From a virus (lineage: Duplodnaviria; Heunggongvirae; Uroviricota; Caudoviricetes): a DNA stretch of 64,000 bases. Both the position numbers and the translations under genes were made by a program. The notes below the pieces were generated by a model. It did not search any database. It saw only the letters and a program-made list of their open reading frames with translations, and was not told the DNA's origin. Within the stretch, counting starts at the first letter, position 1; every line of letters starts with the position of its first letter. Location: the IMG/VR virus record IMGVR_UViG_3300032144_000001, positions 9,293-73,292 of that record; one strand, written 5' to 3'. Below are positions 37,335 through 48,000 of the stretch, piece by piece.

Positions 37335-38507
37335 ATGGATTTTTCACTAACAACTCTGTTTGTAGTGCCAGTAGGAAATACTCTACCTAGCTCTGGTTCT
37401 ACACAAGACCTAACCGCAGGTCAGTTTGGTATCTTCCGTCCTAATTATTCAGTAGCAACTGCTGGTAATATTGAGGATGCAGGTATTAAATATTTTTATC
37501 TAGCTCAAGGTAGAACTAATAGATATCTGGAACAAAGTAAGAGATCAGACAAAATTGCAGGGTATCTCCAAAATGCAGGTGTAAACAAAACGAACGTCAT
37601 TGAATTTTACAAAGTAGACGGATGTTCTAGTGCTGCTGCTGTTCAAATTGATGACATTACAGATTGGAATGTAAAGTGTGGTGAGATTGTAACACTTACT
37701 CTTCGTGCCCACTCCTCTTATCTGGATACTCTTTATTTTAATGGACTTACTCGTTCAGTAACTGTACAAGCTCCTTGCTGTGATTGTGGTGCTGATCCTT
37801 GTGATACTGTAGATGCAGAAGCTCTTATTGAAGACATTATTGCTAAATTAAGAGAAGAAGCCCCAGGTATCAATAGTGATAATATTTCGCTCAATGATTT
37901 CTTCACTTTTGAAAGAATCGGAACTGGTGATTCTGCTAAACTTCGTATTTCAGGTAAAGCTCTGACTACTTACGCACAACCATGTGATGTAGCTGCTTTC
38001 CCTTTTGAATATGATAGAATGTGGTTCAGAGCATTTGTTTATTCAGGTCCTGAAACTACTGTAGATTTTATTGTACCAGATAACTGTAATGAAGTAGCAA
38101 CTACAACTGTAGTACAACGTGCATCCTTTGTTAAAGGAACTTCTGCTGAAATTAAACAACTTGAAAAGAATTTCTACTCTTATCAAGCATCTGTTCCATC
38201 TAAACATCTTTTCAGAAATGCTGGTTATAATGGTGGATTCGAATCATGGGTAACTGATGGTACGACTTATGATACTTTCTATATCAAGTTTAGTGATTAT
38301 GATAAGGCCCAAAATAACTGGGGTGACACTGTACCGATTGATTCAACTGTAATTATTGCTGTACCTCAGTCTTTGACTGCTGGAATTGAAGCAATTCTTG
38401 AAGCTGCTCTTGGTGCTGTTGCTGGAGATGGAACTTGTATCACTACAACTACTACTACTTCAACAACTAGTACAACAACTACTTCAACTACTACTTTGAT
38501 CCCTTAA
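37335..38507 (+). CDS. hypothetical structural protein with C-terminal poly-Thr/Ser tail
   Basis: Ends ITTTTTTSTTSTTTTSTTTLIP. Confidence 0.45.
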   Translation: MDFSLTTLFVVPVGNTLPSSGSTQDLTAGQFGIFRPNYSVATAGNIEDAGIKYFYLAQGRTNRYLEQSKRSDKIAGYLQNAGVNKTNVIEFYKVDGCSSAAAVQIDDITDWNVKCGEIVTLTLRAHSSYLDTLYFNGLTRSVTVQAPCCDCGADPCDTVDAEALIEDIIAKLREEAPGINSDNISLNDFFTFERIGTGDSAKLRISGKALTTYAQPCDVAAFPFEYDRMWFRAFVYSGPETTVDFIVPDNCNEVATTTVVQRASFVKGTSAEIKQLEKNFYSYQASVPSKHLFRNAGYNGGFESWVTDGTTYDTFYIKFSDYDKAQNNWGDTVPIDSTVIIAVPQSLTAGIEAILEAALGAVAGDGTCITTTTTTSTTSTTTTSTTTLIP

Positions 38508-38587
38508 TATATCTTAGTATAAGTTAAGCTTCCTACGGGAGATGGGAATTTTCTCTCATCTCCCTTTTTATTTTTAAACTATTCAAA

Positions 38588-39151
38588 ATGGCAGACTTAA
38601 AACTAGATATATTAGTAATCAATACGTTTAATTCTAAGACGTTAGGAATAGCAGATGCTTCTACTTATCCTGATAGTCCTCCTGTACAATCTCCAACTAT
38701 TGAAATAACTATTCCTGGTTTTGGTATAACTAGTATACCTTTTGTACCAGATGAGTTCAATGTATTTAATAGTACATCACTAGGAATAACTAGTTCAGAA
38801 GATGATTTGTTACCTATTCCAGATGGAATATACACATTAAGTTACTCTGTATCACCAGCTTATGAAAATTACGTTACTAAAAACATAATGAGAGTAGATC
38901 AGTTACAACAGAAATTTGATGAAGCTTTCATGAGATTGGATATGATGGAATGTGATCAAGCAATCAAAAAGCAGTCCAAAGTTCAACTTAGTTCAGTCTA
39001 TTTCCTTATACAAGGAGCTATTGCTGCTGCAAATAACTGTGCTCTAGATACAGCTAATAAGTTATATCTCCAGGCTAGTAAAATGCTAACTCATCTAACA
39101 AAAAATAATTGTGGATGTACTGGAACTAATTACATAACTAACTTTGTTTAA
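38588..39151 (+). CDS. hypothetical protein (187 aa)
   Basis: ORF track. Confidence 0.45.
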   Translation: MADLKLDILVINTFNSKTLGIADASTYPDSPPVQSPTIEITIPGFGITSIPFVPDEFNVFNSTSLGITSSEDDLLPIPDGIYTLSYSVSPAYENYVTKNIMRVDQLQQKFDEAFMRLDMMECDQAIKKQSKVQLSSVYFLIQGAIAAANNCALDTANKLYLQASKMLTHLTKNNCGCTGTNYITNFV

Positions 39152-39152
39152 T

Positions 39153-39281
39153 ATGGCTAAGTGTAAAGATTGTGGAGCTAATCAAGGTTGTTCTTGTCAA
39201 CTAACAAATGGAAGATGTCCTTCCTGTCATTCTGTTTATTTACAATCTAATAATCCTAATGTTAACCCCAAGACTAAATAA
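39153..39281 (+). CDS. zinc-ribbon micropeptide (42 aa), not in ORF track
   Basis: Manual translation MAKCKDCGANQGCSCQLTNGRCPSCHSVYLQSNNPNVNPKTK; CxxC ... CxxC spacing; starts 2 nt after upstream stop. Confidence 0.3.
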   Translation: MAKCKDCGANQGCSCQLTNGRCPSCHSVYLQSNNPNVNPKTK

Positions 39282-39525
39282 TTGTATAGATTGTACATCT
39301 ATACCTTCATTACTTAGTGATATTGATTGTAAGCTAACTGAAATGGTAAATAATCAATATAACAATATTGTATTTGCTTTAAATAAGCAAATTAATGATA
39401 CAGTAATCAATGATCTTTTAACATATAAAAGAATACTCACCTACAGGTATTGCAATCCTGAATATGCTGACGGATATACTGTACAAAATATTGCAAATAA
39501 AGTAAAAATTTTAATTTATAAATAA
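39208..39525 (+). CDS. hypothetical protein; true start probably the internal Met near 39262
   Basis: ORF track; 5' part overlaps the zinc-ribbon ORF in another frame. Confidence 0.35.
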   Translation: MEDVLPVILFIYNLIILMLTPRLNNCIDCTSIPSLLSDIDCKLTEMVNNQYNNIVFALNKQINDTVINDLLTYKRILTYRYCNPEYADGYTVQNIANKVKILIYK

Positions 39526-39531
39526 ACTAAC

Positions 39532-40662
39532 ATGGCATGTTCAAGCTGCTATAATGGCTGTTCAGAAATAACTTCAGATAAGTGTGTAAAATACACAGGA
39601 GTTGATGTTCCTCTTCTAGGAATTGAGAATGGAGATTCTCTTTCTTATGTAGAACAAGCTCTTATAACATTCATAACTTCTGTAGTAGATGGTTCTGGTG
39701 TAAAAATATCACTAGAAGAAGATGATTATTGTGAACTAGTATCACAATATTTACAGGCTTGTAGTACTGTAACCGCTTTAGACCTATTTAAAGCCTTAGT
39801 AAAGGCAGCATGTAATCTTCAAGAACAAATAGATGATATAGTAGAAGATATAGAGACTATAGAAGCAGATTACACTGTAGATTGTCTAGAAGGTGTATCT
39901 TCTGGTGACGGTACTCACGCTATTGTTCAAGCTGTAATAACAAAATTATGTGAGATTGATGAAGCTTTAACATTACTAGCAACAGACGTAGATACTAATT
40001 ATGTTAAAATATCAGATATTAATAGTTATATAGCTGCATATCTTGCAGATCAAGAAACAGCTAATCGTTATTATACAAGAATGATTCCGTATACTGCTGT
40101 AGAATATTACGGATCTCTTGGATTTTTCGATGCTACTGGTGCAGGGATAGCTAATACTGAATGGGAAAAAATATACTTATGTAATGGCTTAAATGGAACA
40201 CCAGATAAAAGAGGAAGATCCCCTATTGGTGCAATAAATGGTGTCCCTGGACCAACTCCAGATTCAACTGTAAATCCTTCTTCTGATCCTACTTTTAATC
40301 CTAATTACTCTGTATTAGATACAGCAGGTGCTAATAAAGTTACACTTACCACTCCACAAATACCTTCTCATGATCATACAGCTACAGTTAATGAAGAGCC
40401 TCATACTCACACATTAGCAGTTGATGAAACTGTAGATGGTCCAGAATTAACAGATGATAGTTATATCGCAAATGTTAGAGATAGTGAGAGTACTAATAAC
40501 TATATCCTAAGTGAAGCTAGTATTGGACAAACACCTAATGTTGGTAAAGTACTAGAAGCAGAAACAGGAATTACAGTAAGTATTAGTAGCACCGGAGGTG
40601 GACAAGCCCATGATAATAAACACCCTGTTATAGCTTGTTATTATATAATGCATATCCCATAA
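39532..40662 (+). CDS. hypothetical structural protein (376 aa)
   Basis: ORF track. Confidence 0.45.
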   Translation: MACSSCYNGCSEITSDKCVKYTGVDVPLLGIENGDSLSYVEQALITFITSVVDGSGVKISLEEDDYCELVSQYLQACSTVTALDLFKALVKAACNLQEQIDDIVEDIETIEADYTVDCLEGVSSGDGTHAIVQAVITKLCEIDEALTLLATDVDTNYVKISDINSYIAAYLADQETANRYYTRMIPYTAVEYYGSLGFFDATGAGIANTEWEKIYLCNGLNGTPDKRGRSPIGAINGVPGPTPDSTVNPSSDPTFNPNYSVLDTAGANKVTLTTPQIPSHDHTATVNEEPHTHTLAVDETVDGPELTDDSYIANVRDSESTNNYILSEASIGQTPNVGKVLEAETGITVSISSTGGGQAHDNKHPVIACYYIMHIP

Positions 40663-40666
40663 TGAG

Positions 40667-41221
40667 ATGAATAAGCCAAAAAGAGACAAAGAGAAAGACA
40701 AAATCTGGAGAGAAAATAACAAAGAAAGATTAGCTCTGTATAATAAAAAATGGAAAGAAGAAAACAAGGAAAAACTGGAAGAATATAGGTTAGCTAACAG
40801 AGAGAAATTTTTAATGGCTTCTAAGGAATGGCAGAAAAATAATAGAGAAAGAGCTAATAAATCTCATATAAAATATGTGAGAAATAGAATCAAACGAGAT
40901 TCTCTATTTAAATTTAAGCAAATTACAAGATCTCTTATAAATAAATCTTTTAATAGAGCAAATGGTAAATTCATAAAGAACAGAAAGTCTGAAGAAATAT
41001 TAGGTTGTTCTCTAGATTGTTTTAAAGAATATATTTTATCAAAATGTCCAGAAGGAACCAAGTTAGAAGATTTCCATCAATTTGGATATCATATTGATCA
41101 TATAATTCCAATCAGTCTAGCTAATTCAGAACAAGAAGTTATGAAATTATGTCACTATACTAATCTACAACCTCTTTGGTGGTCAGATAATATTTCCAAA
41201 TCCAATAAAATAGAGAATTAA
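40667..41221 (+). CDS. HNH endonuclease with Lys/Glu-rich N-terminal repeats
   Basis: YHIDHIIPISLANSEQEVMKLCHYTNLQPLWWSDNISKSNK is the HNH core; N-terminus has repeated NKE ... L ... YN segments. Confidence 0.6.
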   Translation: MNKPKRDKEKDKIWRENNKERLALYNKKWKEENKEKLEEYRLANREKFLMASKEWQKNNRERANKSHIKYVRNRIKRDSLFKFKQITRSLINKSFNRANGKFIKNRKSEEILGCSLDCFKEYILSKCPEGTKLEDFHQFGYHIDHIIPISLANSEQEVMKLCHYTNLQPLWWSDNISKSNKIEN

Positions 41222-41222
41222 T

Positions 41223-41513
41223 ATGAGCTGTTTACCAGGAACTCCTTGCTATCAAAATGAAGTAGTGGTTTATACTAAATATCCTGCTGGATGTGGAAAT
41301 GATCCCATTAAACTACCTTTAGGATCAGATTATATTATATATACGGGGCCAAATCTCCCATATACAGGAATACAAACGAATGATGATCTAACTGAATCTA
41401 TTCAAAAAATAGATAATTTATTGAGTCCTGAGGAACTCATTTCATACATTGTCTCAATTTTGGAAAATAATCCTTCATTAAAAACTGCCTTACAAGAGGC
41501 TTTGGAAGTATAA
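41223..41513 (+). CDS. hypothetical protein (96 aa)
   Basis: ORF track. Confidence 0.4.
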   Translation: MSCLPGTPCYQNEVVVYTKYPAGCGNDPIKLPLGSDYIIYTGPNLPYTGIQTNDDLTESIQKIDNLLSPEELISYIVSILENNPSLKTALQEALEV

Positions 41514-41622
41514 AACTCACAGTTGTTGGTTTCTGATGAGTTATGGCCCAGAGTAAAATTCTGGGCCTTTTTGTTTTTAACCTTTTTAATTATTTCTATA
41601 ATTAAATTAGTTAGAATTAATT

Positions 41623-42891
41623 TTGACTTTTGTTAAATCCTTTTGTATATTTACTAGATTTTTCACTAAACTATATATAATGAAAGAAAATCAGGATTCG
41701 TTACTTAATAGTCTTCAGCAACTATTAAAGCAGAAGCAGTCTAAAGCATGGTATGCTAATAAACTGAGTATAACCATCCAAAAAGTAGAGGAGCTACTTA
41801 AAGAACTTAAAAATCAAGAAATTTCCTTGGAAACAACTAAATTCCAGGAGGATATTAAAAAAGGTGAAGCAGAGTTAACATTCAAATCACAAGAAGAAAT
41901 TCATGATCTAGATGAACTTATCAAAGCAGCTAAAATAGATACAGGTAAGTGGCAAATAGATAAATATGTACAAAATTACTGGGGCAATGGTGAAAATCCT
42001 CATTGGCAAGTAAAAGCTTGGTTATCGAAGAAAAAAGCTCCTGAATATGGACTTAAAGAATTTACTGATTTCCTTAAAGAATTTAAACCAAATAATATTG
42101 ACTTCTGGAAACTAGTTCCTGATCTACATAAACAAACTGTAGATATTGAATTAAATATTGCAGATTTTCACTTAGCAAAAAAGACCTTCCAAGGTGATAC
42201 TTTAGAAAGCAAAACATTTGATTACTATCAAGCTGTTTATGATCTAATAAACAAAGTAAGAGGAGTTTACAACATTCGTAAAATAGTATTCCCTATCGGG
42301 AATGACATGTTCCACACTGATAACTATCATAATCAGACAACTAATGGAACACCTCAAGATGTAACTGCTTGGTATGATAAAGAATATGAAGTAGCATTTG
42401 AACTACTGGCTAATTCAATCAACTTTATGATAACTCAAGCTGAAGAAGTAGAAGTTATCTTAGTACAAGGTAATCATGACAGAACTAAAGGTTTCTATGT
42501 AGCTCATGCACTTGAAGTATTCTTTAAAGAATATAAAGGAGTTAAGTTTCAAAGACATCACTCTGTTACAAAACATACAGTAATAGGTAACACATTTATA
42601 GGATATCATCATGGAAATAGTTGTAAGCTCGAAGAACTTCCATTGTTATTTGCCACAGGAGAGTCTTCAAAAGACTTCGGAAATGCTAAGTTTAGAGAAG
42701 TTCATGCAGGAGACAAACACCATTATTTGGCAAAAGAAATTAAAGGAGTTAGAGTCCAGCAAATGCCCTCTTTATCTGGAACCGACAGGTGGCACAAAGA
42801 TAACGGGTACGTTAATCAAATACGTGCAGCTTTAGTCTTAATTTATCATCCTGAACAAGGGAGGATAGGAGAATTCGAATTCAGATTATAA
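41623..42891 (+). CDS. calcineurin-like metallophosphoesterase-domain protein
   Basis: ILVQGNHDRT (GNHD/E motif), GYHHGN and HAGDKHH (GHxH-like motifs) in the expected order. Confidence 0.45.
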   Translation: MTFVKSFCIFTRFFTKLYIMKENQDSLLNSLQQLLKQKQSKAWYANKLSITIQKVEELLKELKNQEISLETTKFQEDIKKGEAELTFKSQEEIHDLDELIKAAKIDTGKWQIDKYVQNYWGNGENPHWQVKAWLSKKKAPEYGLKEFTDFLKEFKPNNIDFWKLVPDLHKQTVDIELNIADFHLAKKTFQGDTLESKTFDYYQAVYDLINKVRGVYNIRKIVFPIGNDMFHTDNYHNQTTNGTPQDVTAWYDKEYEVAFELLANSINFMITQAEEVEVILVQGNHDRTKGFYVAHALEVFFKEYKGVKFQRHHSVTKHTVIGNTFIGYHHGNSCKLEELPLLFATGESSKDFGNAKFREVHAGDKHHYLAKEIKGVRVQQMPSLSGTDRWHKDNGYVNQIRAALVLIYHPEQGRIGEFEFRL

Positions 42892-42892
42892 T

Positions 42893-43618
42893 ATGTCAAC
42901 ATTAAGAAAATTAGTATCAGATATCCGTGGAATGCATAAATTGCTTTCTACGGATACTCTATTAACAGATAGATTAGTAGCTTCTGAAATAAGAAATGTT
43001 ACTGGTCTTTTAGTTAAAAGAGAGACAAACCTTAGAAAGTTGTGGGCCACAGATACAATTTTCACACCTATTCCTTGTTTAGAACTGATAGAAGTACCTA
43101 TTTCAGAATGTTGTGATTATGTTGATGAATGTACTATAGCAAGGAGTAAATATAAACTACCTAGAATAGCAGAAGGTAATTATCAATATGTTATTCAGGG
43201 AGTTTGGTCCATAAATATAATGAGTGGAAAAGGTACTAAAATAAAGCAAATTTCAATTAATCGTTATATAAATCTATTAAAGTTACCTATTGTAAAGAAC
43301 GAAACTTATTTCTGGATATATAATGATTATTTGTATATAACCAATCCTCTTCTAAAGGCAGTTAAAATATCTGCTATGTTTGAAGAAGATATTCCAAATG
43401 AGGTAATGTTCCCAGATTGTGATTGTGGAACAGATTATAAATTGGAAGATAAATGTAAGAATCCACTAGATAAATCCTTTTCATTACCTGGCTATCTGGA
43501 GAAACAAGTTCTTGATTTGGTATCTCAAAAATTACTACAGACCTACTTCAATCTTAAAATAGATGTTTCCTCAGATGGAGTAGATGGACAATCACCTAAC
43601 TCCAAACCAACAAACTAA
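42893..43618 (+). CDS. hypothetical structural protein (241 aa)
   Basis: ORF track. Confidence 0.45.
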   Translation: MSTLRKLVSDIRGMHKLLSTDTLLTDRLVASEIRNVTGLLVKRETNLRKLWATDTIFTPIPCLELIEVPISECCDYVDECTIARSKYKLPRIAEGNYQYVIQGVWSINIMSGKGTKIKQISINRYINLLKLPIVKNETYFWIYNDYLYITNPLLKAVKISAMFEEDIPNEVMFPDCDCGTDYKLEDKCKNPLDKSFSLPGYLEKQVLDLVSQKLLQTYFNLKIDVSSDGVDGQSPNSKPTN

Positions 43619-44107
43619 GTGAGGGTAGCAGTAGATTTTAGATCAGGTAGTAAAGAACAGTATGCAAAATTTTGCAAGAAATACCCTCATATTAAATTAT
43701 CATTAATTGAGTGGAAGAATATACTTTATGGATTTAATGATGCATTTAAAACATATATTCTTGAAACAGGAGAAAAAGCTAAGTTACCTGGAGGCTTTGG
43801 AGAATTTACCATAAATAAGAAAAGAAGAAAAAGAACTAAAGATAAAATTAATCCAAAGACAGGTCAACCTTATATGAATATGCCTATTAATTGGATTAAA
43901 ACTAAGGAAAAAGGCAGATATATTTATGATTTTAATTATCATACTGAAGGATTCTCCTTCTATTGGTTATGGTTTAAAAAATCAACAAGAATACCACAAG
44001 CAACAATGTGGAGATTTAAGCCCTCTAGAGTAACTTCAAGATTATTAGCACACTACCTAAAAGCAGACAAAAAATACCAACATTTATACATGTCATGGAA
44101 ACCCTAA
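43619..44107 (+). CDS. hypothetical protein (162 aa), GTG start
   Basis: ORF track; abuts upstream stop. Confidence 0.4.
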   Translation: MRVAVDFRSGSKEQYAKFCKKYPHIKLSLIEWKNILYGFNDAFKTYILETGEKAKLPGGFGEFTINKKRRKRTKDKINPKTGQPYMNMPINWIKTKEKGRYIYDFNYHTEGFSFYWLWFKKSTRIPQATMWRFKPSRVTSRLLAHYLKADKKYQHLYMSWKP

Positions 44108-44118
44108 TTTAAAAGTAA

Positions 44119-45036
44119 ATGTCATATTCTTACAAATATAATTTCATCTCACCTGAACCAATTTATGCTCTCGTTAAAGAAGAATTAAAGAGTTATTTCG
44201 ATACTGGTGCAGTTGATGATGTCCTATGGCCTACTTATCTTAATAAATGTTTAAGTAAATTAGGAAAAGGATCATATGTGATCACTGATATAATCCTTGA
44301 TATTGAAGATTTTGAAGCTAGATTACCTGACAACTTTCATGCAGTTAGAGAAGCATGGGCTTGCAGTAATCTAGATATAATTAGACAAAATCCTAATTCT
44401 TTCTATTCTCAAGCTGCTTCCAGTACAACCATTCAAGTAAGTCCTGTTATTGTAAATGGGACCCCTTGTACAAATATTGAATGTACTGAAGGTTGTCCAG
44501 AATGTATGCCTGAATTAATACAAGCTGTATATAAAACTACTAATTCTACTAAAACATCAATCAAAAGAGAATATCTATTAAAGCCTGGAAATATAGCAAC
44601 TAGAAATCAATGTTCTTCTGACTGCTTTAATCTCAATAGTTCTTCAGCAGACAGTTTTGACATAATAGGTAATAAGTTTAGAACAAATTTCCAAAACGGT
44701 ACTGTTTATCTGGTGTTTTATGCAACTGAATATGATGAATTGCAGAATCAGCTAATTCCTGATAACTATCGAATAAAGGAATATATAGAAGCATTTATTA
44801 AATTTAAGGTATTTGAAACATTGACAAATCAAATAAATGATGAGACTTTCAATCAAATACAGGCCAAAATGGTGTATTACAAGGGTCTAGCTGATGAAGC
44901 CTATATTCTCGCAGAAACTGAAATAAAGAAACAGACACCATATCAAAAGATAATGGCTATCAAAAAGAATCTTAATTCGTTAAATAAATATGAGTTACCT
45001 ACTTCCAGATATAGAAGCATCTGGAGAAGAAACTAA
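44119..45036 (+). CDS. hypothetical structural protein (305 aa)
   Basis: ORF track. Confidence 0.45.
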   Translation: MSYSYKYNFISPEPIYALVKEELKSYFDTGAVDDVLWPTYLNKCLSKLGKGSYVITDIILDIEDFEARLPDNFHAVREAWACSNLDIIRQNPNSFYSQAASSTTIQVSPVIVNGTPCTNIECTEGCPECMPELIQAVYKTTNSTKTSIKREYLLKPGNIATRNQCSSDCFNLNSSSADSFDIIGNKFRTNFQNGTVYLVFYATEYDELQNQLIPDNYRIKEYIEAFIKFKVFETLTNQINDETFNQIQAKMVYYKGLADEAYILAETEIKKQTPYQKIMAIKKNLNSLNKYELPTSRYRSIWRRN

Positions 45037-45041
45037 TTAAC

Positions 45042-48000
45042 ATGGCAGAACAAGAAGGAAATATAAAACAGGAAAATAATGCTGCTAGGGCAGGAATGAA
45101 TTCTGATTTGTCCACTGGACAAATACCAAAAGGAGTTCTATCTTATGCACTAAATGCTTCTGTTGAAAATTTTGATTCAAATTCTATTTCCTATCAAAAT
45201 GAAGGAGGGAATGAACTTTGTGTAAATCTTCCTGATGGTTATCAATTAATAGGTTCACACTCTATATATGAACAAAATAAACATATATTTTTCTTGGTGA
45301 ATCCTGAAACAGGAGATAGTGAAATAGGTTATACGGAAAATAATGATTGTTTATATAAAACATATATAAATTCTAAATGTCTTAACTTTAGTATTCATTA
45401 TCCTATCCATAAATCTGTTCATAAGATAACAAATTGTACAACTGAGATTTACTGGACAGATAAAAGAAACCCTAGAAGATTTTTAGATCTTAGTAATATT
45501 CCATATAAAACAGAGGAAGTTACAAATAGTTGTGACGTCAGAACTTTAACAGAAATTGATTGTAATAAAATTAACGTTCAACCAAATTTTAAGATACCTG
45601 AATTAGAGGTAGTTGATGTTGTAAATGGAGGTAATTTATCGGCAGGAACAGTTCAATTTGCAATACAATATTCTGATGTTGCAGGAAATGCTTATACTTC
45701 GTACTACTCTGTTACGAATCCTCTACCAATAGCTAATACTCAAATAACTACCCCTGACTTTGATTATAATGTAGGTAAAAGTGTTGTTCTCAATATTTCT
45801 AATATTGATACTACTGGTTATTTTCAATATTTTAATATTGCTGTAATTAAAACAGTAAATGCAATCACTTCGGTAGAATTAATTGGAACTTATACTATAG
45901 AAGAAAATACTAAACAGATTGTATATAATGGTCAAAATCAGACACAAATAAGACTTACTATAGGTGACATATTTGAGAAATTTCCAAACTATGAAATAGC
46001 AGATGATCTGACCTCTGTTCAAGATGTTCTTGTATGGAAAGGATTAACCTCAATTGATAGAATAAATTATCAGAAAATTGCTAATAAGGTAAAACTGCAA
46101 TGGCAGAGTTATAGAATACCTGCAACAGAAAATTATTCTAATGAATTAAATGCCACTAATTTAAGATCTCAATTAAGAGATGAAGTTTATCCTTATGAAA
46201 TAGCTTTCCTAATATCAGGAGGAAAGCAAACTGATGGTTTTCATATTCCAGGGAGAGAAATTTCAATTTCTGATCTATCAAATCCTGATATATCACCATC
46301 AGATCCTGATTTTATAGATGAATCAAGTTCATCTAAACCTTATTGGAAAATATATAATACAGCAACTGTATTAGAAACTGATGCTAATTATATTCCTTAT
46401 TCAGATTATAAAGGACCGTATCAAACAGGAGAGTTTGCCTATTGGGAGTCTACTGAAACTTATCCTTGTAATGTAGATATATGGGGAGAATTGGCAGGAA
46501 AACCAATAAGACATCATAAATTTCCTGATGTTAGAGTGAGTCCTATATTTGAAGCATTAACTCCTGAAACTGATTCATCAGGTAAATATAGTAATTTACA
46601 AATGCAGGATTGTGCTGTTTTTCCTATTGGTGTAAAAGTCAATATAAACCAAATAAAGGCATTAATAATCCAATCTGATCTGACACAAGCTCAGAAAGAT
46701 GCAATTGTTGGTTTTAAAATTCTTAGAGGTAATAGAGATGTAAATAAATCTATTGTAGCAAAAGGGATATTAAGAAATGTAGGTAAATATGAAAGAGAAG
46801 GGACATTTTATTACTTTCCAAATTATCCATATAATGATTTGAGGGAAGATCCTTTCCTTCTAGAGAAGACAAATGCCTACATGAGTCAATGTAATACTTA
46901 TAGAATTACAGCGACTGTAGATTCAGTGTATCAATATACTGATTGTTTTAGTAATTCCATAAAATCAGAACCTATATTAGCTCTAGATACTGTTACTATA
47001 TGTTCATTATCTACACCAACTTTAGATGATCCTGAGGCAGGAACTGTCGAAGAGATAGGATATGATACATACATATTATATGCACAAGATTCACCTTATG
47101 ACAAGATCAGGTTTATTTATACAGATTATATAGATGGAGAAGAAAAATCTATAGATATTCCTATTGGAGAGAATAGAACAGTTAAAGTAGTAGTTGGAAC
47201 AAAACCACGTGCTAAAAAAATAGTTCTTATAGGAGGAACAGTTCCTCAAAAATACGCTATATCTCCAACTGATGCATTAAATTCTCCATCTGATTGTTAT
47301 CCTTCGAATTTGTCAGCATTTGAAACAGAGGATTCTAAGTTTAGGCATGTTTTTAATTCTCCTGAAACTTCTTTCGGAAGACCTTTTTTAGGAGATACAC
47401 TCAAGTTAGAATCTGTTCTATATGGAGGAGGTAAAGGTCATTTTGTAGAGGTAGAGAAAAATGCGTTATATAAACTTCTTTCTAAAGAAGCACAAGAAGA
47501 TGCTTTAGTTTCAAGTGCCAAAATAGCAGATAAAACTGATCCATTCAATAGTACTGCTATGATGACTGCATACCAGTCATACTTACAGATTTATATTAAT
47601 GGAATAACTAGAAAGAACTATGGATGGTCATATAACTCAATTGTAGATTATAATTATTCATCTATTATAGATAATGGTTTAGGCATAAAGCAGAGAAAGT
47701 TAGATAATGTACAATACCTTTTTTCAGGAGTTCAATCTGTAAATGAGGATATTAACTTCAATAATTTTCAAAGGGAATCTTCAGTATATCTAAAAACTGA
47801 TGATGATACATCTGCTTTACCTTATCCTAATGAAACTTTTTCATTATTAGATCCTTTTAATGCTAGTCTAATAGAGGATAAAAGCAGATATATAAATTCT
47901 CAACAAGATTGCTCACAACCAGAGAAATTATTTGATATATCATCTGTAGCATATTATGCATCAATTAAGAATATAATTCCAAACCAATGGGGTCAGATTT

